NCBI GenBank assembly: GCA_019694435.1
Contig: JAIBBZ010000004.1
Location: 22,922-86,921, forward strand
From: Pirellulales bacterium
GTDB lineage: Bacteria > Planctomycetota > Planctomycetia > Pirellulales > JAEUIK01
DNA length: 64,000 nt
Reading direction: 5' to 3'
Every line of letters starts with the position of its first letter. Position 1 is the stretch's first letter. The notes under the pieces were generated by a model that made no database searches, was not told the DNA's origin, and worked only from the letters and a program-made list of their open reading frames with translations. Below, one piece after another: positions 35,800-45,014 of this stretch. The translations under genes and the position numbers were made by a program.

Positions 35800-36522
35800 C
35801 TAACCGGGCATGTCGACGTTGTGATAGATGTCCTGCACGTCGTCGCAATCGTTCAGCATGTTCAGAAACTTCTCGAACTGCGCCTGGTCTTCCGGACTGA
35901 GCGCCTTGAGCGCCTGCGGCAGGAAGGTAATCTCCTGGGTTTCCAGGTCGACGTCGGGAAACGCTTCGAGCAAGGCCGTCTTGGCTTTGTAGAACTCGGC
36001 CGGTGGGGCGAAGATCGTGATGTAGCCGTCCTTGCTTTCGACTTCTTCGACGTCGACATTGGCGGCGAACATCGCCTCAAGCACCTGCTCCTCGTTGTCT
36101 CCTTTGAACGAAAGCACGGCCACGTGGTCGAACGACATCGCCACCGAGCCGTTCGCCGCCAGTTTCGAGCCGGTCTTCGAGAAGCAACTGCGGATTTCGG
36201 AGATCGTCCGTTGGTTGTTGTCGGTCAGGCAATCGACGATCACCAGGGCGCCGCCGGGGGCAAAGCCCTCGTACCGCGCGGCCTGGTAGTCCTCGCCGCC
36301 CGCGCCAGCGGCCTTCTGGATCGCTTTTTCAATCACGTGGCTGGGCACCTGGTCGCGCTTGGCCTTTTCGACCATGGCGCGCAGAGCCGGGTTGCCCTCG
36401 ATGCTCGGTACGCCGTTCTTGGCCGCCATGTACAACTGTTTGCCGTACTTGGCATAGAGCTTCGATTTTTGCGCAGCCGTCTTGAAGATTGACTGCTTAC
36501 GCTTTTCGAAAATACGTCCCAT
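35800..36522 (-). CDS. yebC: YebC/PmpR family DNA-binding transcriptional regulator
   Basis: MGRIFEKRKQSIFKTAAQKSKLYAKYGKQLYMAAKNGVPSIEGNPALRAMVEKAK is a near-canonical YebC N-terminus. The track ORF's 61-codon N-terminal extension is rejected. Confidence 0.9.
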   Translation of the reverse strand: MGRIFEKRKQSIFKTAAQKSKLYAKYGKQLYMAAKNGVPSIEGNPALRAMVEKAKRDQVPSHVIEKAIQKAAGAGGEDYQAARYEGFAPGGALVIVDCLTDNNQRTISEIRSCFSKTGSKLAANGSVAMSFDHVAVLSFKGDNEEQVLEAMFAANVDVEEVESKDGYITIFAPPAEFYKAKTALLEAFPDVDLETQEITFLPQALKALSPEDQAQFEKFLNMLNDCDDVQDIYHNVDMPG

Positions 36523-36677
36523 TCGATTACGCCTCTTCGCGTGGCTGCCGGGGCAGGGGCCCGAATGCCCTTGCTTGTTGCGACGCTTGCTGTTGTGCCC
36601 GAAAGTCGTGTTCCAAGGGGGGCGTCTCCGCCTAACCCCCCGGCCGGCCGTGGCCACCGGAACGATGCGACTCCCCA

Positions 36678-36705
36678 AATATAAGCCCCGAGGCCCCTTT
36701 CTCAA
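36678..36705 (-). promoter_or_regulatory. Sigma70-like promoter candidate for yebC (TTGAGA-16nt-TATATT on minus strand)
   Basis: On the minus strand TTGAGA is at 36705..36700 and TATATT at 36683..36678, separated by a 16-nt spacer. This implies a 5' leader of about 150 nt. Confidence 0.35.
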
Positions 36706-37103
36706 TCGCCGATTGCGGTGCTGTCCGGCGTCGTTCGAGGGTTTCTGCAGGCTCTACGCCGGAACACCGCAGTCTGGCAATGGCTGCTTCCCCCCTTCGC
36801 CGCGATGCTGCCAGGACGCGACCGATTTCTTCGCGTCGACCGTGGGGACACTCGCGAGCACGATATTCCGCCTGCCGGAAATCACGGGTTGGACGAGCAT
36901 GGTATCGAGAGCCAGCGAATTCGCCGCATATAACGCCGTCATCTGCAAAAGGAGCGACGAACGTTGATTCCGCAGCGACGCCAGCCTGGACCCCAGCGGC
37001 AAGCTTGATTCTCGGTCGCGCAGCTTGACCCGACATCTGGCACCGCCTAGCGTTTTGGGTGCGGAAAGCAGCAAATCGGCCTGCTCAAATTCGTAGATTC
37101 TGG

Positions 37104-38198
37104 ATGACGAAGGAATCTGTTGTGCGACCTGCATTCCCGACGATTTTGAGGCCTCATCGCCGAACGTGTGTTCCCTGGCGGAGGCGCGTTTCGAGCTGGC
37201 CGCTGCTGGCACTGTTGCTTTGCCTTCCGCACGGGTCGGCGCTTTCGTTGCGCGCTGCGGAACCGGAACTTGCTCAACCGCGTTTTCTCTTGGCGTGGGG
37301 CAAGGAGGGAACGGAGCCCGGCGAGTTTCACTTTCCGATCGGCATCGCCATTACGCCGGCAAACGAGATTCTGGTCACCGACCATTACAACAACCGAGTA
37401 CAGAAGTTCTCGTCCGACGGCCAGCTCTTGGGTCATTTCGCCGTGCTGCCCAATCCGGGCGGAATCGCGCTCGACAAGTCGGGCAACCTTTACCTCGGTC
37501 ATTTTACGGCCGCGTCGACCAGCAAAGAGGTCTATCCCGACCGGCTGTCTGTCTACAGTCCTGCGGGTGAACTGCTGCACGAATGGGGGAAGTCCGGGAC
37601 CGGACCAGGCGAGTTCAACTATCCCGGCGGCATGGTCATCGCGCCCGACGGTCGTCTCTACGTCGCCGACCAGACGAACCACCGCATTCAGGTGCTCGAC
37701 CTGGAGGGGAGGTTTTTAGCCGAGTGGGGAAAGCACGGGACGAAGCCGGGCGAATTCGGCGGCAACACCAACGTCCGATCACGCGCTGGCGGCCCCGATT
37801 TTGTTGCGCTCGACAAGCAGGGCAATGTCTATACGACCGAAGCCATGGACGGCCGCGTGCAGAAATTCACTCCCGACGGCGCTTTCCTCGCGGCGTTTGG
37901 CGACCTCCAAGACCGGCCCGGCAGCTTTGGGCGCGAGTTCGAACCACTTCACAGCATGCATGGCCCCATCGGCATCTGTTGCGACAGCCATGACCGATTG
38001 TGGATCAGTGCCGCGGGCGGTCGGATTCAGCAATTCACCAGCGACGGCGAGTTTCTGCGCAGCTTTGGCGAGGAACAGGGGACCGAACCTGGCCAGTTTC
38101 TCGCGCCGCACGGCCTGGCATTAGACAGTCGCGGGCACCTGTACATCGTCGACGCGTACAACCACCGAATTCAGAAATTTGACGTCGGCGGGCAGTAG
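37104..38198 (+). CDS. NHL-repeat (six-bladed beta-propeller) secreted protein
   Basis: Repeated NHL units (GEFHFPIGIAI, VTDHYNNRVQKFSSDGQ, YVADQTNHRIQVLD, YIVDAYNHRIQKFD). The signal peptide follows an Arg-rich n-region. Start is uncertain (ATG 37104 versus GTG 37059). Confidence 0.7.
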   Translation: MTKESVVRPAFPTILRPHRRTCVPWRRRVSSWPLLALLLCLPHGSALSLRAAEPELAQPRFLLAWGKEGTEPGEFHFPIGIAITPANEILVTDHYNNRVQKFSSDGQLLGHFAVLPNPGGIALDKSGNLYLGHFTAASTSKEVYPDRLSVYSPAGELLHEWGKSGTGPGEFNYPGGMVIAPDGRLYVADQTNHRIQVLDLEGRFLAEWGKHGTKPGEFGGNTNVRSRAGGPDFVALDKQGNVYTTEAMDGRVQKFTPDGAFLAAFGDLQDRPGSFGREFEPLHSMHGPIGICCDSHDRLWISAAGGRIQQFTSDGEFLRSFGEEQGTEPGQFLAPHGLALDSRGHLYIVDAYNHRIQKFDVGGQ

Positions 38199-38233
38199 AC
38201 GCATGGTTCGCTCGGTGGAGGGCGACCTCACTC

Positions 38234-40036
38234 TCACAGCAACTCGTCCAGCTCGTCGACCAGCTTGCCGAAGTAGCGCAGCGCCGTTTCGACCGGTTGC
38301 GGCTTTTCCATGTCGACGCCCGCGCCGCGGAGCAGGTCGAGCGGGTCCTTGGACGACCCGCCGCGCAGGAAATTGAGATAGTCGTCGAGCTCCTTCGGGC
38401 CGCCGCTGCGCACGCGTTCGGCCAGCGCGATCGCGGCCGACAGGCCCGTCGCGTACTTGTACACGTAGAACGCGCTGTAGAAGTGCGGAATCCGGAAGCA
38501 CTCCAGGCTCAGCTCGTCGTCGAGCGTGAAGTCCGGGCCGAAGTACCGCTCCAGCAGCCCGCGGTACATCTGCTTCATCGCGTCGAGCGTGAGCGGCTGG
38601 TTGTCCTCGGCATGGGCATGGGCCAGCATCTCGAATTCGGCGAACATCGTCTGGCGGATGATCGTGCCGCGAATGGCGTCGATCTCGCGGTTGATCAGGA
38701 AGGCCCGTTCGCGATCGTCTTGGGCCTGCGCGTGCAAGTGGCGGCTGAGCAATTGCTCATTGAAGGTGCTGGCCACTTCGGCGACGAAGATCGTGTAATC
38801 ATACTCGTGGAACGGCTGGTGCCGGGCCGAGTACCAGGTGTGCATCGAGTGGCCCGCCTCGTGCGCGAGCGTGAACACGTGATCGAGCACGTCGGCCTGG
38901 TAGTTCATCAGGATGAAGGGGTCGCTCTCGTACGAGCCCGAGCTGAACGCGCCGCTTTGCTTGCCGTGGTTTTCGTAGCGGTCGCACCACCGGCCCATCA
39001 GTCCGGCCTCGAGCACGCCGCAATACTCGGTGCCCAACGGTTCGAGCGCCGCGATGCACGTTTTGACGGCCTGGTTCCAGGTGTGTTTCTTTTCCAGCTC
39101 GCTCAGGATCGGCACATAGGTGTCATAGTGGTGGATCGTCTTGAGCTTCATCCGCCGCTTGCGCAGGTCGTAATAGCGGTACAACGACGGCAGGTGCTTG
39201 TGCACCGCACCGATCAGATTGGTGTAGACGGTGACCGGCACGTTGTCGTGAAACAGCGACGCTTCGAGCGCGCTGCCGTAATTGCGCACCTTGGCATAGT
39301 AGATGTCGCGGTGGATCGAGCCGGCCAGCGTCGTAGCGATCGTGTTCTGATGGCCGGCATACTGCTGGTAATACTGATGAAAGGCCGCCTTGCGAACCTC
39401 GCGCAGCGGTGAATGCAGGCACGCCGAAAAAGTCGCATGGCTGAGCTCGAGCTTCTGGCCGCGGCCGTTGTCGATGGTGCCAAACTTGAGATCGGCATTG
39501 TTCAACTGGCGAAACGTCTGCGCGGCCGCCGCGCTCATCTCGGCCTGCATCGCCAGGATGCGCTCTTCGCGGTCGTTGAGCGTGTGCGGCTTATATCGCA
39601 GCCAGCGCCGCAACAGCCGGCGATACGGGTCGAGCGGCTTGGCCTGCAGGATGCGATCCATCTTCGTGGTCGAGATGGCCATCAGCTCAGGCTGGATATA
39701 GCTCGTGGCCTGGTCGGCGCGGCTGCTGACGTTGCGAAACCGCGCGAGCATCGCCTGCGCCGGGCCGTCGGCCGTGTCTTCGGCCGTGCGCAGAAATGCA
39801 TAGTTGCCCAGCCGTTCGCCGACGCGCTGAAAGTCGAAGTAGTACTTCAAGCACGCGGCCAGGGCCTCGGCGCCGCTCGCCAGGGTGCCGCGAAACTTGC
39901 CGAGCTGGGGGAGGCGCTTTTCCCACTTCGCCAGCGCAGATTGCCATTCGGCGTCGCTGGCAAACAGGCTGCCCAGGTCCCAGGTGTCGTTCGGCTTGAC
40001 TTGCTTGCGCGTCGGTAACGCTTTGACTTTGCTCAT
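38234..40036 (-). CDS. pepF: Oligoendopeptidase F (M3B family)
   Basis: HEAGH zinc-binding motif (FTLAHEAGHSMH) and a downstream Glu (FAEVASTFNEQL). Length of about 600 aa is typical of PepF. Start set at MSKVKALPT. Confidence 0.85.
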   Translation of the reverse strand: MSKVKALPTRKQVKPNDTWDLGSLFASDAEWQSALAKWEKRLPQLGKFRGTLASGAEALAACLKYYFDFQRVGERLGNYAFLRTAEDTADGPAQAMLARFRNVSSRADQATSYIQPELMAISTTKMDRILQAKPLDPYRRLLRRWLRYKPHTLNDREERILAMQAEMSAAAAQTFRQLNNADLKFGTIDNGRGQKLELSHATFSACLHSPLREVRKAAFHQYYQQYAGHQNTIATTLAGSIHRDIYYAKVRNYGSALEASLFHDNVPVTVYTNLIGAVHKHLPSLYRYYDLRKRRMKLKTIHHYDTYVPILSELEKKHTWNQAVKTCIAALEPLGTEYCGVLEAGLMGRWCDRYENHGKQSGAFSSGSYESDPFILMNYQADVLDHVFTLAHEAGHSMHTWYSARHQPFHEYDYTIFVAEVASTFNEQLLSRHLHAQAQDDRERAFLINREIDAIRGTIIRQTMFAEFEMLAHAHAEDNQPLTLDAMKQMYRGLLERYFGPDFTLDDELSLECFRIPHFYSAFYVYKYATGLSAAIALAERVRSGGPKELDDYLNFLRGGSSKDPLDLLRGAGVDMEKPQPVETALRYFGKLVDELDELL

Positions 40037-40171
40037 GTCGGCGGTGCCAGGGTGTCGATCGGGAAACACGCTGCCGCCCGACGGGACGGCAGAGGAAGAC
40101 GGGGCGGGGATGCGCCCGCTGAGATTAGAGCGGATTTGCCGAGGGCTTTCGAGCACACCGTCGTGGCGGTC

Positions 40172-41146
40172 TTACCACCGCAGCACGGCCGTACCCCAGG
40201 CCAGGCCCGCGCCGAACGCCGAGAGCAGCACGCGATTGCCCGGTCGCACGCGCCCCGCGGCGATGGCCTCGTCCAAGGCCAACGGCACGCTCCCGGCCGT
40301 CGTGTTGCCGACGCGCTGTACGTTCATGAAGATCCGCTCGGGCGGCAGGCCGAGATTTTCGGCCGCGGCGCTGATGATCCGTTCGTTGGCCTGGTGCAGG
40401 ACGAACAGGTCCATGTCGCTCACCGCGCAGCCGGCGTGCTCGAGCACGGCCGGGATGTTGTAGGAGAGCAATTGGATGGCCCATTTGAACACCGCGCGGC
40501 CGTCCATCTGCATGTACTGCAACCCTTCGCCGAGCCGATTCGGGTCGATCGGCATCCGCGAGCCGCCCATCGGGCGGTGCAGATAGCCGCTGCCCGAGCC
40601 ATCGCTCCCCAGGGCGTAGCTCTCGAAGCCCTGCTGCGGCGTGCCGGCGGAGAGCAGCACCGCGCCGGCACCGTCGCCGAACAGCGGCGCCGAGCGTTGA
40701 TCGGCCGGGTTGCAGACTCGCGACATCGTGTCGGCGCCAATCACCAGGGCCAGCTTACTGCAACCGGTGACGACATACTGCGCCGCCGTGGTCAGGGCAT
40801 ACATGAAGCCCGCGCAGGCCGCCGTGACGTCGAAGGCCTGGCACCCCAATCCCAGTCGATCTTGTACCAAGGCCGCGCTGCTGGTGCCGGACGTGTCGGG
40901 AGTGGCCGTGGCGAGGACCAGCAGGTCGATATCTTCGGCCTGCACCCCGGCGCGTTCGATTGCGCGCTGTGCCGCGCGCAGCGCCAGATCGCTGGTCGCC
41001 TCGTCCGGCGCGGCCAGGTGCCGGGTCACGATCCCGGTGCGCTGGACGATCCAGTCGGCGTCGTAGCCGAACGTCTGCGCCAGCTCCTCGTTCGTCACCA
41101 CGCGCTCGGGCACATAGCTGCCCGTCGAGACGATGCGAAAGCCCAT
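40172..41146 (-). CDS. fabH: 3-oxoacyl-[acyl-carrier-protein] synthase III
   Basis: MGFRIVSTGSYVPERVVTNEEL start. Active-site motifs ACAGFMYAL, HQANERI and GNTTAGSVP. 324 aa. The track ORF's 132-codon N-terminal extension is rejected. Confidence 0.85.
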   Translation of the reverse strand: MGFRIVSTGSYVPERVVTNEELAQTFGYDADWIVQRTGIVTRHLAAPDEATSDLALRAAQRAIERAGVQAEDIDLLVLATATPDTSGTSSAALVQDRLGLGCQAFDVTAACAGFMYALTTAAQYVVTGCSKLALVIGADTMSRVCNPADQRSAPLFGDGAGAVLLSAGTPQQGFESYALGSDGSGSGYLHRPMGGSRMPIDPNRLGEGLQYMQMDGRAVFKWAIQLLSYNIPAVLEHAGCAVSDMDLFVLHQANERIISAAAENLGLPPERIFMNVQRVGNTTAGSVPLALDEAIAAGRVRPGNRVLLSAFGAGLAWGTAVLRW

Positions 41147-41397
41147 CAGTCGACGCACCGGGGCATGTCGACGGTCGCGCGGCGCGCGGGTCTGTTCGAC
41201 GACTGGCGACAACGGAATCTTGCCCAGCGGATCGGGGCCCGACCAGCGGCCGCTGGGCGGCAGCGCCGGGGAATACTCGCAATGCGAAACGTCGCCCGAG
41301 GGGGTCAGCTCACTCATTTCCGAGACATCCTTGTCCGGGCCGCCGCTTCCTCTGAGTTCACGGACGGCAGTTGTGAAAAGGTGGTTTGCGCAGTCGG

Positions 41398-42543
41398 TCA
41401 GGGCTCGCCGGGGGGCGTGTCGATCCAGCGTCGTTCGCGATACGACCGCAACACCGAGTCGGCCACGCGCTGGGCGTTCCATCCGTCGTAGTAGCTGGGC
41501 ACCGCCTGGCGCCCGCCCACGATGGCCGAAACGAACTCCCACGCGAGGTCGTAGCGAAACACGGTCGCCGGCACGCCCACCGCGGGGTCGCGCGGGCTGT
41601 CGGCCGGCTTGAGAAACTCACCCGGCACGGTCACCGGCGCCAGGTCGCTGCCGGTTTTGCCGAGCAGAATCGTATTCGGTTCGTGCAGGCGATAGACGGC
41701 CGAGCCGAGCGAGCCGTTGATCTCGGCCCACTCGTGGCCGAAGCCCTCGCGGCCGTAGCCCTTGGCCAAGGTCGTGCCTTCCCACACGCCGGTCGCGCCG
41801 CAGGCGAATTCGCCGAGCAGCGCCGACCAGTCGTCCACATCCGAAGGCGGGCAATCGCGCCCGTCGACCGTCCTGGTCCGCGGAGCAAACCGGGCGATGG
41901 CCCCGCTGATCCGCGCGAGCGGTCCGAGCAGGTCCATCGCAAAATCGAGCCGATGAATCGTCATGTCGAACAGGTCGCCCGCCCCGGCCTGCGACTGGTA
42001 CTGGCGCCAGCCCCAGCTCGTCTCGGGCCAATCGAGAAACCGCTGCGAGCGAAAATGCCGCGGCTCGCCCAACTGTCCGCTGGCGACCAGGTGTTTCATG
42101 TATCGCATCGCCGGCGCGAAGCGGTAGGTAAACGCCGTCATGTGCACGACGCCCGCGTCGCGGGCCGTAGCGTACATCTCGCCCACTTCCTGGGCATTCA
42201 GTCCCAGCGGCTTTTCGCACATCACGTGCTTGCCGTGTCGCGCGGCGGCCACCGAGATCGGGCGATGGGTGAAATTCGGCGTGGCGATGATCAGCGCGTC
42301 GACTTCGGGGTCGGCGGCGAGCTGCTCGGCGTCGGTCGTGACGCGCAGCTTCGGCCAGTCGGCCCGCAGCTTGGGCCAGGTCTCCTGGCGGCGGGCCAGC
42401 AGCTCGGTGCTCGTATCGCAGGCGGCCACGAGCTGCGCCCGTGGATCGAGCGCCAGCCCCGGCACATGGTGGTAATCGCTGACGGCGCCAGCGCCTACGA
42501 TGGCCACACGCACCGGCGATTTTTGGGCTCGAATTGCCGTCAT
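41398..42543 (-). CDS. Gfo/Idh/MocA family NAD(P)-dependent oxidoreductase
   Basis: Rossmann motif VRVAIVGAGAVSDYHH. Consensus EKP motif (HVMCEKPLGLNAQE). Confidence 0.8.
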   Translation of the reverse strand: MTAIRAQKSPVRVAIVGAGAVSDYHHVPGLALDPRAQLVAACDTSTELLARRQETWPKLRADWPKLRVTTDAEQLAADPEVDALIIATPNFTHRPISVAAARHGKHVMCEKPLGLNAQEVGEMYATARDAGVVHMTAFTYRFAPAMRYMKHLVASGQLGEPRHFRSQRFLDWPETSWGWRQYQSQAGAGDLFDMTIHRLDFAMDLLGPLARISGAIARFAPRTRTVDGRDCPPSDVDDWSALLGEFACGATGVWEGTTLAKGYGREGFGHEWAEINGSLGSAVYRLHEPNTILLGKTGSDLAPVTVPGEFLKPADSPRDPAVGVPATVFRYDLAWEFVSAIVGGRQAVPSYYDGWNAQRVADSVLRSYRERRWIDTPPGEP

Positions 42544-42780
42544 CGGATTACTCGACGAGCCTGCCCGCGGGACCGTGTCCTAGACTCAAGATCGGCATTC
42601 CGGGCAGGAGGAGTGCAAAGAGTAAGTGTTTCGCCGCTAGCTCACAAGGCGGACCGCAGGCCCTGCGACGAAGGCGGCGATAGCAGCCATCAGCAACCCT
42701 GCCCCCCGCGTCGGCTCGACTATGATGAGGGGGCAACTTTGCCTTGCGGCCTGGCCGCGCATCACGGGCCGTGCGCCGAT

Positions 42781-43548
42781 ATGTGCCTGATTGCCCTCGC
42801 CTTTCAAGTCTTCGACGACTGTCCCGTGGCCGTTGCGGCCAATCGCGAGGAGTACTTCGATCGACCGGCCGACCCGCCGGCCTTGCGCCGGGCGGGAACC
42901 ATGCCCGTGGTCTGTGGACAAGACCTTCGGGCTGGCGGAACCTGGTTGGGCGTGAACGGTCGCGGCGTGCTCGTCGCGGTGACGAATCGGTGGTTTGTCG
43001 AGTCGCCGCCCGAGCCGCGTTCGCGGGGCTCGCTGGCCATGGAATTGCTCGCCTGCGCCACGGCCCGGCAAGCCGCAGAGCTGGCACACCGCGAATTGGC
43101 CACCGGACGCTATGCCGGGGTCAATTACGTCTGCCTCGATGCGGCCAGCGGCCACGTCGTCAGCTTCACGGGCCTGATGGAGGTGCGCGGAAATGTCGAG
43201 CAGATCGATCTGCGGCCGGGCCTGCACCTGCTGACCAATGGCCCGCTGAACGACGCGTCGGATTTTCGCCAGCGCTATTTCCGCAGCCTGCTGGCCGACC
43301 GCAGCTGCGACGACACGACGGAATTCTCCGCTGTGACCCAAGCGATCTTGCGCACCGGACCGGACGAATCGCAGCAGCATACGATCATCGTCCGCGACGA
43401 TCACCGCGGCACCGTGTCGTCGAGCATTGTGCTGCTGCCGCGCAATCTCCAGCAGTCGCGTTGGTGGTACGCGCCCGAGGCCCCCGATCGCGTCGATTAC
43501 CAGGATCGCTCAGCGATTCTGGTCGCGCTGCTCACGGGCAAAGCCTGA
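42781..43548 (+). CDS. NRDE family protein (TANGO2/DUF833-like)
   Basis: Begins MCLIALAF (the conserved N-terminal MCL), with NRDE-like downstream motifs (VAANREEYFDRP ... LGVNGRGVLVAVTN). Only this C-terminal part of track ORF 41386..43548 is judged real. Confidence 0.65.
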   Translation: MCLIALAFQVFDDCPVAVAANREEYFDRPADPPALRRAGTMPVVCGQDLRAGGTWLGVNGRGVLVAVTNRWFVESPPEPRSRGSLAMELLACATARQAAELAHRELATGRYAGVNYVCLDAASGHVVSFTGLMEVRGNVEQIDLRPGLHLLTNGPLNDASDFRQRYFRSLLADRSCDDTTEFSAVTQAILRTGPDESQQHTIIVRDDHRGTVSSSIVLLPRNLQQSRWWYAPEAPDRVDYQDRSAILVALLTGKA

Positions 43549-43583
43549 CTAACGCGGCACTTTCGGCGAGCACGCTGGCTGCG

Positions 43584-44246
43584 CTACGCCGCCAGGCGAT
43601 AGAGCCGGCTGTTACGGGCCTTGCCGATCAGTTCGGCGGCGCCGCAGCGATGCAGGCAGTAGGCGATCTGCTGCGCCAGCCAGCGCGGCACGTCGGCAGC
43701 GTCGGCCAATTGCTGCGTGTCGAACGTCTCGGGCAGATCGTCGGGCAGTAGGCGATGCAGGTCGGCGGCCGTGGCCAGCTCGACGCGCTCGCGCACGCCG
43801 ACCAGCCGGCGATCGACCACCTCGAAGTCGTTCCGCCGCCAGCGCCGACGCCGGCCGTGGCCCGGTACGCGCAGCTCCTCGACGTCGACCAGCAGGATCT
43901 CGAGCCGCAGGCGGGGATGCGGATAGACCTGCGTGAAGTGCACCAGCTCGGCAAAAGCGTCGAGCAGCCGGCCGCGCTTGGGGCTCAGCCGCGACGAGAC
44001 GATCTCGCCCTCGCGCCGTTTGAGCTTGATCAGCCGGCGCGAAGCGATCACAGGCTTGACGATGCACAGCCGATGCCGCTTGACGAGCGCGGCCGTCTTC
44101 GTGCGCAGGGCCGCCAGGCCCGCGTGCTGAATCTCGACCAGCTCGTCGCCACGGAGGCAATCGATGCGATACTCGCCGACGCGAACCTCCTGCGTGTCGG
44201 CATCGCCGCAGAGAGATTTCAGCTCACGGTGCAGCGAAGTTTCCAC
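43584..44246 (-). CDS. Hypothetical protein with possible PD-(D/E)xK-like nuclease motif
   Basis: 220 aa with no confidently recognised domain. The N-terminal segment YRIDCLRGDELVEIQHAG resembles the D...E-x-Q core of CoiA-type restriction-endonuclease-like folds. This is inference only. Confidence 0.45.
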   Translation of the reverse strand: METSLHRELKSLCGDADTQEVRVGEYRIDCLRGDELVEIQHAGLAALRTKTAALVKRHRLCIVKPVIASRRLIKLKRREGEIVSSRLSPKRGRLLDAFAELVHFTQVYPHPRLRLEILLVDVEELRVPGHGRRRRWRRNDFEVVDRRLVGVRERVELATAADLHRLLPDDLPETFDTQQLADAADVPRWLAQQIAYCLHRCGAAELIGKARNSRLYRLAA

Positions 44247-44368
44247 GGTCGAAGCGTGCCGTCGGTGCTAGCAAGGATGGCGAGAGAATCGCTTGCCGTA
44301 CGTATCGACCGCGCACACCAGCAAACTTGCCTGGAGCCCGCCAGCTTGCGGCAATCAGGCCTGACGAC

Positions 44369-45010
44369 TCATGGAAAAACTAGCAGATGCGGCTTCGCCA
44401 GCTTGAGACGAGCTACGCCACGCTCGGACACGTGCGTGTGATCCAATTTCACACATTTTAATTCCGGGAACTTCGTAAGACCGTCAATACAGGCATCTGA
44501 AATAGCGGTTTGCGATAGGTAGAGGTATTCCAGATGTCGAAGTGTGGACCATGAACGGACAGAGTCGTCGGTGACAGTAGTTAAACGAACGTCTAGACAC
44601 TCCAAGTTCGGGCAGTTGCGTATATCTGCCCATGTCTTTAGGTCCGCAGCACAGCCGCGCAGCGAAAGCTCTTTGAGTGCGGGACAGCACGGTGGTGGGA
44701 CGCGAAGGCCCGAGCTCAATTTGCATCCATCCAAGGCCAGGCGGCGCAGTTGGGTGTATGGAGCAAGTGCTTCCCATCGCTCCCGCGACATTTCCCTGTC
44801 GACAAAGATGATGTCGCAAATCCGACGGGGATTCTGGCAAGACGGCCGAACATCGCGCGTGCCCTCGCGCACGAAAAGACGTGCCCCAAGGCTCTCCAGC
44901 TTGCGATGCAGTTCCCAATGCCTGCGAAGCTGGGCCGTATGACTCGCAAAACCTGCCGCTACCACAACAAGCAACAACAGCACGCGAAGTGAGTACTGTG
45001 TCCGCCGCAA
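44369..45010 (-). CDS. Membrane-anchored leucine-rich repeat (LRR) protein
   Basis: N-terminal TM (LRVLLLLVVVAAGFA). LRR units (LRRLALDGCKLSSGL, LKELSLRGCAADL, NLECLDVRLTTVTD, LEYLYLSQTAISD, LKCVKLDHTHVSE). GC is markedly lower, about 52-55 %, than the flanking DNA. Confidence 0.6.
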   Translation of the reverse strand: MRRTQYSLRVLLLLVVVAAGFASHTAQLRRHWELHRKLESLGARLFVREGTRDVRPSCQNPRRICDIIFVDREMSRERWEALAPYTQLRRLALDGCKLSSGLRVPPPCCPALKELSLRGCAADLKTWADIRNCPNLECLDVRLTTVTDDSVRSWSTLRHLEYLYLSQTAISDACIDGLTKFPELKCVKLDHTHVSERGVARLKLAKPHLLVFP

Positions 45011-45014
45011 GGGA

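Noticed and set aside
36482-37036. ORFs 36482..36967 (+, 161 aa) and 36632..37036 (-, 134 aa) in the yebC/NHL intergenic gap
   Set aside because: Cys/Arg-rich with no homology signal. The region is better explained as promoter and leader sequence; it is kept as a finding only for a possible ncRNA or leader.
37059-37103. GTG at 37059 as the NHL gene start (as in the ORF track)
   Set aside because: It gives a 15-aa Arg-rich extension ahead of an ATG, and neither candidate has an SD. The ATG at 37104 was chosen, but the start remains uncertain.
43549-45014. Interpreting the low-GC islet as a defined mobile element
   Set aside because: There are no flanking direct or inverted repeats and no recombinase gene. 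It is kept only as a compositional anomaly.
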